Source of the DNA: Eledone cirrhosa
Lineage: Eukaryota
DNA length: 64,000 nt
Direction: 5' to 3'
Assembly: GCA_964016885.1 (NCBI GenBank)
Contig: OZ024750.1
Span: 53,568,001-53,632,000 of the forward strand
Shown here one piece after another: positions 26,667 to 40,990 of this stretch (position 1 is its first letter; each line of letters begins with the position of its first letter). Both the position numbers and the translations under genes were made by a program. The notes below the pieces were generated by a model, which was not told the DNA's origin, did no database searches, and saw nothing but the letters and a program-made list of their open reading frames with translations.

Positions 26667-29600
26667 TCTGTGTACACCTAGATATTACTGTGTCTCACCT
26701 GGCTACACAGCTACACTACACACCTTGTCTGTATACACCTGGCTATTACTGTGTCTTACCTGGCTACACAGCTACACTACACACCTTGTCTGTGTACACC
26801 TGGATATTACTGTGTCTTATCTGGCTACACAGCTACACTACACACCTTGTCTGTGTACACCTAGATATTACTGTGTCTTACCTGGCTACACAGCTACACT
26901 ACACACCTTGTCTGTGTACACCTAGATATTACTGTGTCTTACCTGGCTACACAGCTACACTACACACCTTGTCTGTGTACACCTAGATATTACTGTGTCT
27001 TACCTGGCTACACAGCTACACTACACACCTTGTCTGTGTACACCTGGATATTACTGTGTCTTACCTGGCTACACAGCTACACTACACACCTTGTCTGTGT
27101 ACACCTAGATATTACTGTGTCTTACCTGGCTACACAGCTACACTAGACACCTTGTCTGTGTACACCTGGCTACACAGCTACACTACACACCTTGTCTGTA
27201 TACACCTGGATATTACTGTGTCTTACCTGGCTACACAGCTACACTACACACCTTGTCTGTGTACACCTGGCTATTACTGTGTCTTACCTGGCTACACAGC
27301 TACACTACACACCTTGTCTGTGTACACCTAGATATTACTGTGTCTTACCTGGCTACACTACACACCTTGTCTGTGTACACCTAGATATTACTGTGTCTTA
27401 CCTGGCTACACAGCTACACATCTTGTCTGTATACACCTAGATATTACTGTGTCTTACCTGGCTACACAGCTACACTACACACCTTGTCTGTGTACACCTA
27501 GATATTACTGTGTCTTACCTGGCTACACTACACACCTTGTCTGTATACACCTGGATATTACTGTGTCTTACCTGGCTACACAGCTACACTACACACCTTG
27601 TCTGTGTACACCTAGATATTACTGTGTCTTACCTGGCTACACTACACACCTTGTCTGTGTACACCTGGATATTACTGTGTCTTACCTGGCTACACAGCTA
27701 CACTACACACCTTGTCTGTATACACCTGGATATTACTGTGTCTTACCTCGCTACACAGCTACACTACACACCTTGTCTGTGTACACCTAGATATTACTGT
27801 GTCTTACCTGGCTACACAGCTACACTACACACCTTGTCTGTGTACACCTAGATATTACTGTGTCTTACCTGGCTACACAGCTACACTACACACCTTGTCT
27901 GTGTACACCTGGATATTACTGTGTCTTACCTGGCTACACAGCTACACTACACACCTTGTCTGTATACACCTGGATATTACCGTGTCTTACCTGGCTACAC
28001 AGCTACACTACACACCTTGTCTGTGTACACCTGGATATTACTGTGTCTTACTTGGCTACACAGCTACACTACACACCTTGTCTGTATACACCTGGATATT
28101 ACCGTGTCTTACCTGGCTACACAGCTACACTACACACCTTGTCTGTATACACCTGGATATTACTGTGTCTTACCTGGCTACACACCTTGTCTGTGTACAC
28201 CTGGATATTACTGTGTCTTACCTGGCTACACAGCTACACTACACACCTTGTCTGTGTACACCTGGCTATTACTGTGTCTTTCCTGGCTACACAGCTACAC
28301 TACACACCTTGTCTGTATACACCTGGATATTACTGTGTCTTACCTGGCTACACAGCTACACTACACACCTTGTCTGTATACACCTGGATATTACTGTGTC
28401 TTACCTGGCTACACAGCTACACTACACACCTTGTCTGTGTACACCTAGATATTACTGTGTCTTACCTCGCTACACAGCTACACACCTTGTCTGTGTACAC
28501 CTAGATATTACTGTGTCTTACCTGGCTACACAGCTACACACCTTGTCTGTATACACCTAGATATTACTGTGTCTTACCTGGCTACACAGCTACACTACAC
28601 ACCTTGTCTGTGTACACCTAGATATTACTGTGTCTTACCTGGCTACACAGCTACACTACACACCTTGTCTGTATACACCTGGATATTACTGTGTCTTACC
28701 TGGCTACACAGCTACACTACACACCTTGTCTGTGTACACCTAGATATTACTGTGTCTTACCTGGCTACACAGGTACACTACACACCTTGTCTGTGTACAC
28801 CTGGATATTACTGTGTCTTACCTGGCTACACAGCTACACTACACACCTTGTCTGTGTACACCTGGCTATTACTGTGTCTTACCTGGCTACACAGGTACAC
28901 TACACACCTTGTCTGTGTACACCTGGATATTACTGTGTCTTACCTGGCTACACAGCTACACACCTTGTCTGTGTACACCTGGATATTACCGTGTCTTACC
29001 TGGCTACACAGCTACACTACACACCTTGTCTGTGTACACCTGGCTATTACTGTGTCTTACCTGGCTACACAGGTACACTACACACATTGTCTGTATACAC
29101 TTGGATATTACTGTGTGTTACCTGGCTACACAGCTACACTACACACCTTGTCTGTGTACACCTAGATATTACTGTGTCTTACCTGGCTACACAGCTACAC
29201 TACACACCTTGTCTGTATACACTTGGATATTACTGTGTCTTACCTGGCTACACAGCTACACTACACACCTTGTCTGTGTACACTTGGATATTACTGTATC
29301 TTACCTGGCTACACAGGTACACTACACACCTTGTCTGTGTACACCTGGATATTACTGTGTCTTACCTGGCTACACAGCTACACTACACACCTTGTCTGTG
29401 TACACTTGGATATTACTGTGTCTTGCCTGGCTACACAGCTACACTACACACCTTGTCTGTGTACACCTGGATATTACTGTGTCTTACCTGGCTACACAGC
29501 TACACTACACACCTTGTCTGTGTACACCTGGATATTACTGTGTCTTACCTGGCTACACAGCTACACTACACACCTTGTCTGTGTACACTTGGATATTACT

Positions 29601-30241
29601 GTGTCTTACCTGGCTACACAGCTACACTACACACCTTGTCTGTGTACACCTGGATATTACTGTGTCTTACCTGGCTACACAGGTACACTACACACCACCT
29701 TGTCTGTGTACACCTGGATATTACTGTGTCTTACCTGGCTACACAGCTACACACCTTGTCTGTGTACACCTGGATATTACTGTGCCTTACCTGGCTACAC
29801 AGCTACACACCTTGTCTGTGTACACCTAGATATTACTGTGTCTTACCTGGCTACACAGCTACACTACACACCTTGTCTGTGTACACCTGGATATTGCTGT
29901 GTCTTACCTGGCTACACAGCTACACTACACACCTTGTCTGTGTACACCTAGATATTACTGCGTCTTACCTGGCTACACAGCTACACTACACACCTTGTCT
30001 GTGTACACCTAGATATTACTGTGTCTTACCTGGCTACACAGCTACACTACACACATTGTCTGTGTACACCTAGATATTACTGTGTCTTACCTGACTACAC
30101 AGCTACACTACACACCTTGTCTGTGTACACTTGGATATTACGTGTCTTACCTCGCTACACAGCTACACTACACACCTTGTCTGTGTACACTTGGATATTA
30201 CGTGTCTTACCTCGCTACATAGCTACACTACACACCTTGTC
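26667..30241. repeat. 61-bp minisatellite (~60 copies, with internal deletion variants)
   Basis: TCTGTGTACACCTAGATATTACTGTGTCTTACCTGGCTACACAGCTACACTACACACCTTG. Confidence 0.97.
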
Positions 30242-30243
30242 AT

Positions 30244-30506
30244 CTTCTACAGTCATTAATTAACATGTATATACATACACACGCACACACACACACATAT
30301 ATATATATACATATACACACACACATATTTACATACACACCAAACACACATATATATATATATATATACACATACACACACACATATACATATATAAAAA
30401 ACAACAAAGAGAGTGTGGTAAGGAACCAGGTGGACCATAACACACCAGAGTACTCAATACTTAGAGTAGTAGAGCAAATCCGGAGCAACGCGGGCCATTC
30501 TGCTAG
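30244..30506 (+). mobile_element. Short non-autonomous Helitron-like element
   Basis: 3' hairpin-like CCGGAGCAACGCGGG, then CTAG|T; internal CA/TA microsatellite; 5' end uncertain. Confidence 0.5.
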
Positions 30507-30529
30507 TATATATTAAAATAACAGATTAA

Positions 30530-30934
30530 AGTTTAAGCAAAGAATTGCTGCTTTCACCCTTAACGGGATCTTCTGAAACTAAAAAATCAGTCTGTGAACG
30601 CAGAAGTAAATATTTTGAAAAACGTTATCTAATGCAGACAGCCAGACATACAGAGCGTTATAACTATGTATCTATCTAAAAAGACAGACTAAGAAAAAGA
30701 GGGGAATGTTGTGCGACGTCATAAGAAAAAGTGAGGAATGACGTATAACCGGAAGTGTTGACATTTGAAATTTTAAAGAAGTGAATATTTAAATAATGTC
30801 TTTAATCTTTTAACAAAATTCAGTACACAAAAATACCCTCATTTTTTTACTTGGAAAAAGTTACATCTTTGGTGCTGTTTGATCCAGCCGTTTGGCGGAA
30901 AGTTTGTTACTTACATACGGCCGTCAGCTTTATA

Positions 30935-30995
<61 letters not shown>

Positions 30996-31162
30996 AAAAG
31001 AGTCAGGACACCAACAGTTGAGCTCCGGCCGTTTCAACAGCTAGATCTGAACAATTCACATCTAGCCGTGTAAAGTTTGAAAAAACTCGGTTGGGTGGTT
31101 CTCGAGTTTTAGTGATTGGACAGACAGACAAACAGACATTCTCTGTTTTAGTGATATAGATA
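30530..31162 (+). mobile_element. Helentron/DINE-like non-autonomous fragments
   Basis: GATCCAGCCGTTTGG and AAGTTTGAAAAAACTCGG..GGTTCTCGAG..CAGACAGACAAACAGACA..GATATAGAT endings resemble HINE/DINE 3' ends. Confidence 0.45.
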
Positions 31163-31204
31163 TTTGTGTACAGATATTTTTGCATACACAAAAACAAAAA
31201 CCTA

Positions 31205-32013
31205 TCTATCTCACGAAAGCACAGACGGCTTATCGTCATTGTTACTGTTCAAGGTTAGAGGACAACAGTCTTTCCAAGATCTGAGATCCATCAATCGCCA
31301 TCAATGTTCCACTTAACGTTTGACTTGCCAGATGCGTGGTATGTTACACGATGACAGCCATTGGCACCTCACCCACGAAAATCTAGCTGAGGACATCCTC
31401 CACCGCACACACAGACACAATCCGAACGTAACATACAATGTCGTTTTCTATGAGGCGCTCATTTGTCTTGAAAACAGTGTTTTGGAGATTGGTGGTAGGC
31501 CTCTAAGTCACTACAGCTTACCTGCTCCTGACAGGAGTGTCCAGAGGTCAACGTCTACAGAGCTTCTCCGCGAGACAAGCTCCGAGATCAGTGCTTCGCC
31601 CATGGTCAATTGTATGTAGGATACTCTAGGGTGAGCTCGCCAAACAATCTCTTCATCTTTGCTCTTGAGGGCCGAACAAAAAATATTTTATACTCTGAGG
31701 CTCTAACAATGTAATTTAAATATTTTCTGTTACTTAGAATTTACATTATGGTTGTACAAATTATTGTTTGTTAAAAGTTGTTCTCTGTTCAGCCTTCATT
31801 GTTGTAACTATCAATTTTCTTTAACGTACTGGCTGCTGAACTGGGGAATCCTAAAAACTATTCAAACCCAGCATCAGAGCACGTTACCCCCCCCCCCCCC
31901 CAATCGCTGACTTGAGAGGGTGTGCAGTATCTTTGCACTGGAGTGTAGGGGGGATTCCTGAAAAGATAAAATGCCGGTATACCTAGCCAGGCGCCAGCGG
32001 GATGGGCCAGCTA

Positions 32014-32014
<1 letters not shown>
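31205..32014 (+). mobile_element. Internally deleted Helitron
   Basis: A|TC start, CTAG|T end; RepHel remnants (CQMRGMLHDDSHW..LAEDILH..YEALICLEN) joined to Pif1 C-terminus CFAHGQLYVGYSRV..TKNILYSEAL. Confidence 0.8.
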
Positions 32015-32069
<55 letters not shown>

Positions 32070-32943
32070 CCCCACCCTTGCAAGCAGGGAAAAATATATA
32101 TATATATATATATATAAAGCCCCACCCTTGCAAGCAGGGAAAAGCGGACGTAAAATGATGATAATGATGAAAGTATACTTATATATATTTTAGTAATTAA
32201 ATGTTATTAAACACTCTTTGATTGTTATTTATAAAGTATTCCGACTCTGTAATATATTTGTTATTTTACATCGAGCTACTGTCATACTGGTAATTGGATA
32301 ATATTACCCATATTGTATTTATATATATGTATATATTTATTTATATATATATATATAGCAATATCGGTAGGTGTCAAAAGGAAAACAGTGGTCAATCGGG
32401 AAGAGAGTAGAAATATATTATTTATTTATAGTCATACACAGAACAAAAGCGCTACTCAAGGTTTCAAGGCCCAAATTTGACCATACCTCCAGAATACAAG
32501 AGGTATCGAAATAGTGACCTTGCTAAGTGATAATATTCAACAAATTCGACTGATTTTCTACCCCTTAATTTGAATTACATATATCTTTTCTTTCTCTTTC
32601 CACACTTACATAATACAATACACTTTCTATACTACTACATATCTTAATAAATATTACCATCTATATTATATTCTACCACATAATACTATATTTCGGCTAT
32701 AGCATACGAACACTAACACGTGAACTATCTTGGAGTTATTTCCCTTTGTTATATTACGTTTTTTTGGTAAATACGCATTCTTAGCAAAATTTACTTTTAA
32801 CAGCATTTTATAAACTTGTATAAGTGCCTGAAGAAAAGTCACTGTTTTGATGCCTCTTGTTTTCTAGAGTTATGGTCAAATTTAGATCTTGAAACCTTGG
32901 GTTAGCACCTTTGTTCCATGTATGAACATAAATCAATAATATG

Positions 32944-32990
<47 letters not shown>

Positions 32991-33937
32991 TGTGCATGCA
33001 CATAGAATCACACACACTTACCTGCAATATTTTTCTCTCTCTCAAATGCATTCACACACACTTAAGCATGCACTCACATAGACAAACTATGTTCTTCTGT
33101 ATGTTGGAACTCCCTCAGTTCCAATTTGACCAACAGAACAGCTTGGTCATAAAATTAACTTGCAAGTGGCTGAGCATTCCATAGATGTGTTCCCTTGACA
33201 TAGTTCTCAGTGAGATTCATCATGTTATTCAACTTACTTTTGTCAGATATTTCAAGTGGAGCAACGTTAAATAAAAATGGGGAATCAACTCTGCAATCAA
33301 GAGCCAAACACCCTTACTACTAAGCTACAGCCCTTCACAAACAATTATACACTCACAAATAGACTGTATAGGTGATGCAGTGTAAGGGAGATAATTAGCT
33401 TTATATTCTTACTAAAAAGTAACAGAAATTAAAATTTCATCAAAGTCATGTAAAATACACTGGTGATTCTCAATATGGGGTACAAGTCCCACATGTAAGA
33501 AATTTGAATATTAGAGAGGAGGGCTCAATTTTTTAAAATGTTGTATTATAAATATTTTAACGCCAAATATGTTATTTTATATTGAGGAAGGTATCAAATT
33601 TGTTAAGGTGTCATGTTGAGGTAGGGAAGGAAAAAAAAATGAATTAAAAACCATTTATTGAAAAGATGGAATTAATTCCCCAAGATGTATATTTAGTCAT
33701 TTTGCTATCATATTTCTTACATTTTGTCACTGTTTCCTAACGCTCTAAAATTGTTGGCTTTGTTCCTAAATTAGAAACCATTAGGTTAGATTTGTCTTTC
33801 ATCGTTATGATGTCGATAAAATACCAGTAACGTACTGGTGTATTTAGTTGACTCCCCTTCACGTTGCTGGCCGTGTGCCTATATAAAAAACCGTTATTAT
33901 TATTGTTATTATTTATTGTATTTTTTTTTTTTTTCAG

Positions 33938-34047
33938 TATTACATGGGTGAAATGTTAAACCAACTTAACAACATTCCACCTGGTATTGAGAACAAAACA
34001 GATACAATATTTAGCAATATTAGGGAAATATACGAATTCCATGACAA
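33938..34047 (+). CDS. trio: Trio exon (DH1)
   Basis: polyT-cag|TAT...AA|gtatgt; YYMGEMLNQLNNIPPGIENKTDTIFSNIREIYEFHD(K). Confidence 0.93.
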
Positions 34048-34269
34048 GTATGTATATAATTACTGTTATTTCTTGCTGTTTCTGCTATCACTGTTTACCA
34101 AAGTTGTTGGTTATTTACACACTATCATCAGGCTACTTATATAAACAATTCCGTATAGTAGATGCCATTTAATTATTGTGAAACAACCAATGTTTTTCCA
34201 AGAATATATGGAATACATTCTGGCATCTCAGAAAGTTCATTATCTGTGGGTTTATAAATTCCTTATCAT

Positions 34270-34396
34270 GTGTGTGTGTGTGTGTAAATATATGTATGTA
34301 TTTGTATGTGCCTGCGTGTGTGTGTGTGTATATATATATATATATGTATATATGTATATATATATGTATATATATATGTATATGTATATATATATG

Positions 34397-34445
<49 letters not shown>

Positions 34446-34454
34446 GTATATATG

Positions 34455-34508
<54 letters not shown>

Positions 34509-34735
34509 TATATGCCAGACAGTCCACGCTGTAATGTGGCCGTGTAGGCAACACAGTAAAAACCTCCCAGCCCCACACTGTAAATGTGGTTGGTGTTAGG
34601 AAGGGCATCCAACTGTAGAAAACCCGCCAGACAGTCCTATGCGAGCAAGACAACCACTCTTGCCTCAAGTGGGAAAACCCCCGTCCAAACCCATGCAAGC
34701 GTGGAACACGGACGCTAAACCTGATGATGATGATG

Positions 34736-34804
<69 letters not shown>

Positions 34805-34805
34805 G

Positions 34806-34864
<59 letters not shown>

Positions 34865-34929
34865 GTATATATATGTATATATATATGTATATATATATGT
34901 ATATATATATGTATATATATATGTATATA

Positions 34930-34980
<51 letters not shown>

Positions 34981-35045
34981 ATATATATATATATGTATGT
35001 ATATATATATATATATGTATGTATATATATATATATATATGTATG

Positions 35046-35080
<35 letters not shown>

Positions 35081-35087
35081 TTATATG

Positions 35088-35120
<33 letters not shown>

Positions 35121-35255
35121 GTATATATATATATGTATATATATATTTATATGTATATATATATTTATATGTATATATATGTATATATATATTTATATGT
35201 ATATATATGTATATATATATTTATATGTATATATATGTATATATATATTTATATG

Positions 35256-35294
<39 letters not shown>
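34270..35294. repeat. (TA)n/(TATG)n microsatellite field
   Basis: Long TA tracts split by an RTE tail fragment. Confidence 0.95.
34514..34735 (+). mobile_element. RTE 3' UTR fragment inside (TA)n
   Basis: Near-identical to 39562-39790; ends in (GAT)n. Confidence 0.8.
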
Positions 35295-35295
<1 letters not shown>

Positions 35296-35378
35296 AAGAT
35301 AAGCAGAACAAGTAAAATTCAATCAATTTTTCAAAATACATTAAAAAATATAATATAAATATTTACCTCTTCTAGTGG

Positions 35379-35457
35379 CCCTTACTGATCAGTTTCGCTT
35401 TGTAAAACCTCATAAATCCGATGGATTTATGATGGAAAACCAAAGCTCATCAGAGAA
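35379..35457 (-). ncRNA. Type I hammerhead ribozyme motif (extended stem II)
   Basis: Minus strand: TTCT CTGATGA GCTTTG..TCATAAATCC/GGATTTATGA..CAAAGC GAAA CTGATCAG TA AGGG; complete core, palindromic stem III, GUA triplet. Confidence 0.85.
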
Positions 35458-35706
35458 GCATTTTCCCTTCCTAGGGCTAAACGTCCCAGGAACGACAAAA
35501 TATACAACCTCCTGCCAGCTAATAAAGGTCTGAAAGGTCGTAAAAGTGACCCGTATGTAAACTGGACCGAAGTAAAAGCGGGAAAATCAAAGACTTGCTG
35601 TCTACAATTACTACTAAAAAAATAGCAGCCAAGTAGAGCAACAGATTTGTTCTCAACGGACGGAGAAAAAGGTAGAAGTTAATATGTCCAGGGATACTAG
35701 GAACTA

Positions 35707-36139
35707 TGTCTTCTGACATGAGTGTTTTAACTCTCTGTCTTCTGACATGACTGTTTTAACTCTCTCTCTCTTCTGACATGACAGTGTTTTAACTCTCTGT
35801 CTTCTGACATGACTGTTTTAACTCTCTCTCTTCTGACTTGACAGTGTTTTAACTCTCTGTCTTCTGACATGACTGTTTTAACTCTCTCTCTTCTGACATG
35901 ACTGTTTTAACTCTCTCTCTTCTGACATGACTGTTTTAACTCTCTTTCTTCTGACTTGACAGTGTTTTAACTCTCTGTCTTCTGACTTGACAGTGTTTTA
36001 ACTCTCTCTCTTCTGACTTGACAGTGTTTTAACTCTCTGTCTTCTGACATGACAGTGTTTTAACTCTCTGTCTTCTGACATGACAGTGTTTTAACTCTCT
36101 GTCTTCTGACATGACAGTGTTTTAACTCTCTGTCTTCTG
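35707..36139. repeat. 29-31-bp tandem repeat, ~14 copies
   Basis: TGTCTTCTGACATGACAGTGTTTTAACTCTC. Confidence 0.95.
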
Positions 36140-36578
36140 AGTACTGCAGTCAATCCTACCCAACTTTTCTCATTCTCTTTCACTTTTTCTGGAAGTAGTG
36201 ACCTGTAATGGAATTGACACTGCCAGATTTTAAAATGCCCAAGGAATCTCATGTATTATGATTGCATCCCTTTTACTCCATCAGAAGTTCAGGTCCTAAT
36301 ATGTGTGTGTTTGCATGTGTAGAGGAAAGCTGTGCTGGAAAAGACCCACCCAACCCATAAAAACATGGAAAAATGAATGTTGAATAATCTTTTTTAAGAT
36401 GATGATGCATAATGTTTTTTTGAATATTAGAAATAATTTAAAATTTTAAAAGCATTTCACTAATCTCCGAAATTGATATGTTAGTCCTCAAAATACTTTA
36501 ATTAGGCTGTTTTCTATCTCTCAACATGCTACCGAATTGATGTTTCTACTATGTTAGTCCTCAAAATACTTTAATTAG

Positions 36579-36743
<165 letters not shown>

Positions 36744-37042
36744 TAAAGTCTATTTTAGAAGTCCTGTTTAGTCTGCTCTTGCTACCTCTGGAAAGTGGCT
36801 TATAAACAAATCAATTCAATGCAGGGTCAAGAGGATCTTATGGTCTTGACAACGACTTAACAGTCCACAATAAAGTGCACCCAGTACACTCTGTAAAGTG
36901 GTTGGCAATTGAACAGACACAGTAGAGGCTAGAGAAGACTCTTAAGTCTTGACAACAACATGACAGCATCTCCAGTGCTGGTGCTACAGTAGACTCTATA
37001 AATTGGTTTGTGTTAGGAAGTGCATGGGATATTGAGCTGATA

Positions 37043-37966
37043 GGATATAGTGACACATTGTTGGTACTGGGGTGGTGGGATATAGTGACACATTGTTGGT
37101 ACTGGGGTGGTGGGATGGTGGGATACTGTCACATATTGTTGGTGGTGGGATGGTGGGATACTGTCACATATTGTTGGTGGTGGGATGGTGGGATAGTGTC
37201 ACATATTGTTGGTACTGGGGTGGTGGGATGGTGGGATATAGTCACATATTGTGGGTGGTGGGGTGGTGGGATACTGTCACATATTGTTGGTACTGGGGTG
37301 GTGGGATGGTGGGATATAGTCACATATTGTTGGTGGTGGGATGGTGGGATATAGTCACATATTGTGGGTGGTGGGGTGGTGGGATATAGTCACATATTGT
37401 TGGTACTGGGGTGGTGGGATGGTGGGATATAGTCACATATTGTTGGTACTGGGGTGGTGGGATGGTGGGATATAGTCACATATTGTGGGTGGTGGGGTGG
37501 TGGGATATAGTCACATATTGTTGGTACTGGGGTGGTGGGATGGTGGGATATAGTCACATATTGTTGGTACTGGGGTGGTGGGATGGTGGGATATAGTCAC
37601 ATATTGTGGGTGGTGGGGTGGTGGGATATAGTCACATATTGTTGGTACTGGGGTGGTGGGATGGTGGGATATAGTCACATATTGTTGGTACTGGGGTGGT
37701 GGGATGGTGGGATATAGTCACATATTGTGGGTGGTGGGGTGGTGGGATATAGTCACATATTGTTGGTACTGGGGTGGTGGGGTGGTGGGATATAGTCACA
37801 TATTGTTGGTACTGGGGTGGTGGGATGGTGGGATACTGTCACATATTGTTGGTGGTGGGGTGGTGGGATGGTGGGATACTGTCACATATTGTTGGTACTG
37901 GGATGGTGGGATGGTGGGATATAGTCACATAGTGTTGGTACTGGGGTGGTGGGATATAGTCACATA
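37043..37966. repeat. G-rich 35/43-bp minisatellite with 121-bp higher-order unit
   Basis: GGGATATAGTCACATATTGTTGGTACTGGGGTGGTGGGATGGT; identical ORF starts 121 bp apart (37411, 37532, 37653). Confidence 0.95.
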
Positions 37967-38144
37967 TCTTTGGGACAAAAATATTGAGCTGTCAAGTTCA
38001 ACTAAGACACCTCTATGATATTTATATTAAAAACATTAATTTGTATAATTTTACTTTTATTTAATCTAGTTTTCTGGGGGCATTTTTTCAACAAAAAACC
38101 TTCAAATTTGTTAAATAATTTGTTTTTAAATGTTTCTTCTTCAG

Positions 38145-38234
38145 GCAGAGAAGTTTTCTATATATGTACTATACTGCAAAAACAAGCCAGATTCTAGTCA
38201 GCTTCTTATGGAACATGCTGGGACTTTCTTCGAG
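38145..38234 (+). CDS. trio: Trio exon (DH1)
   Basis: cttcag|GCA...GAG|gtaata; [30 protein letters not shown]. Confidence 0.95.
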
Positions 38235-38473
38235 GTAATATACATTGAAATTATAAATATTGTTATATGGCTTTGAGAGGAAATTTCAAATTCTTAAGGA
38301 GGGGGGGGCTAGGAAAATATATAAAAATTAATGAATTGTACTTGTATGTGTCACTAAAATCTACTGAATATTTTCTTGTGATGACAAAATGGTTTATTTC
38401 TGGTTTGAACATTTTAAGTAGTATTACTTTATGAAATAAAGGATAATAAGTGAGTTACAAGCAGGTTTACCTA

Positions 38474-38628
38474 TTTGGACTCCATGTAGCAGATTAAACT
38501 CCTTTTAAGCACTCTACATTACCATTTGGACTCCATGTAGCAGATTAAACTCCTTTTAAGCACTGTACATTACCATTTGGACTCCATGTAGCAGATTAAA
38601 CTCCTTTTAAGCACTACATTACCATTTG
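38474..38628. repeat. ~52-bp tandem repeat, 3 copies
   Basis: ATTTGGACTCCATGTAGCAGATTAAACTCCTTTTAAGCACT..CATTACC. Confidence 0.92.
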
Positions 38629-39202
38629 TGTTTAAAATCAAGGTTATTTACTACAGAAAACTTTTAATTTTTCAAGTAAGTAAATTAGTTATATATGTTT
38701 AATTACATAATAAACAACACAATATAATTATATCATTACCGAAGGTTTCAAGAAACTAGATTACCTGAGCTTGGCGGAGGTTTATATCGTAATGATGCTC
38801 TTTTTATGGTAACTAACAATAATAATAGCGCCCTTAATAGAAAAAAGAAAATGATAACTGACTTTTTTAATAATTACGGCCTTAAACTTGAAATTGAAAA
38901 TAATAATAAAATAGTTAATTTCCTAGATATAAGATTAAACCTTAAATCTGGCCTTTTCTACCCATTCCATAAATTAAATGAAAACCTTATTTATGTTAGC
39001 TTCCATTGAAACCACCCTAGAAATGTTAAAAAGGCCATAGTTAACAGTGTTCAGCAAAGAATCTCTAAACTCTCGGCTAATAAGGACATTTTTCAAAAGG
39101 CTAAATACTATAACGATGCGTTAAATAGAGCAGGTTACCCTGATAAAATTGAATATATAGATAAAAATATTTACACCCCTCCTCCTATATAAATCAACAT
39201 TC

Positions 39203-39791
39203 TTACACCTCTCCAAGACAATGTCACTGGACCGAGACCTTTGGCGGTACTCAGTAACAGAGAAGACCCGCGTTACCTAAATACAAAGTAAAACCTACTA
39301 CAGTCAGTAGGCATCTCTAACAAAATGCACCCCCGTCCAACCACCCCCACCCCATCCACACCGCCCCTTTCAATGTAAAGTTATGTTGATGCCACAAAAT
39401 CCAGGCCGAAACAAATGAGATCGTGTAGGTGTCACGAAAAAAAAAAAAAACACACAGTCCACGCTGTAATGTGACCGTGTAGGCAACACGGTAAAAACGT
39501 CCCAGTCCCACACTGTAAATGTGGTTGGTGTTAGGAAGGGCATCCAGCTGTAGAAAACCTGCCAGACAGTCCACGCTGTAATGTGGCCGTGTAGGCAACA
39601 CAGTAAAAACCTCCCAGCCCCACACTGTAAATGTGGTTGGTGTTAGGAAGGGCATCCAACTGTAGAAAACCCTCCAGACAGTCCTATGCGAGCAAGACAA
39701 CCACTCTTGCCTCAAGTGGGAAAACTCCCGTCCAAACCCATGCAAGCATGGAACACGGACGTTAAACGATGATGATGATGATGATGATGAT
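39203..39791 (+). mobile_element. RTE 3' end nested in the PLE, with ~110-bp internal tandem duplication
   Basis: Reverse complement of 46235-46706 at very high identity; (GAT)n tail. Confidence 0.88.
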
Positions 39792-40990
39792 TCATTTAAT
39801 ATCAATACAAATGCACATACATCTTATAAGAATTGTAATAATGATAATATCCATAGCATAAGCCATAGAACTAAACCAAATCAATTCTATAATTGATATA
39901 ATTCCTATAAAACCAATAAGCCTTGTAAAAGAATCTGTTCCCGTTCTATATTATGGTATTCTCCACCACTATTTCTAGGAATCAAGTAAAACTTAGCTCA
40001 CCTCTTCTTCAATGCCCTTGATAAATACTTCCCCAAAACACATAAATATAGTAGAATTTTTAAAAGACACAATTAAACTCTCATACTCAACCCCTATGAA
40101 TATTTCCCAAATTATAGCTAAAATTAATAATAGAAATCTCGGAACTATTCATAGGGAATTAACCCCTAATGATAATCAGAGAATCACTAATAGAATAAAC
40201 ATCTCCCCGATTAACAACAATTATACCAATAACTTTAACGATGAAAACAAAGTGGCATCAAATAACAGCGAAGGTAATTCCAATTGTAAAAAATAGTTAT
40301 TCTTGCTCATTAAATAATAACTGTCTTGACTGTAATTTAGTTTACAAATGCATTGTTAAAACCAAAGATATGTCTTATAATTATATTGGTGCTACTTCCT
40401 CTAAATTTAAGGAAAGGTGGTATAATTACCGCCGCACGTTTAAGAGAGAGGATAAGAGATTTAGTACTGCTTTATCTGAATCAATTTAGTCACTTAAAAA
40501 TAAAAATATAGCATATTCTCTTTCTTGGCAAAAGCTCTCTAACGCTTTACCTTATATAAATTTTTACATTTCAAAAGGTTGTAACTTATGTACCTCTGAA
40601 ATTCTTTATATTCTTAAGAATAGGAAAATAATTATTAATAAAAAAAATCTGAGATCTTTAACTCGTGCCTCCACCGTTTCTCAAAAACATTCCATAGAGT
40701 TTTTAGTTGTTTTAAAATAGATAATATAATAGTGAATATTCCTTTATGTATAGTTTTAATTCTCGCCTCCACCTATTCTCAAATACATTTAGAGTTTTTA
40801 ATTAAGCTTTATATATAAAAAAATAATAAGATAGGTATTACTCCTTTATATATAATTTTTAAATGATTTTTTATTTTTTAAAAATCTAGATTATATGACA
40901 AAATAAGTTAACTAATTTTTTCCTCCGTTATTTTTCTCCGATTATTTTTTTTCTCTGTTATAATCTTCCTCCATTATTATTTTTCATCTA

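Noticed and set aside
26617-30263. Many overlapping repetitive ORFs (also 4548-6195, 17294-18476, 37010-38018)
   Set aside because: Products of tandem repeats lacking stops; no splice or domain support.
32450-32520. Hairpins next to GAAA in a TA-flanked island
   Set aside because: No CUGANGA on either strand. It may be a very old HHR relic but cannot be supported.
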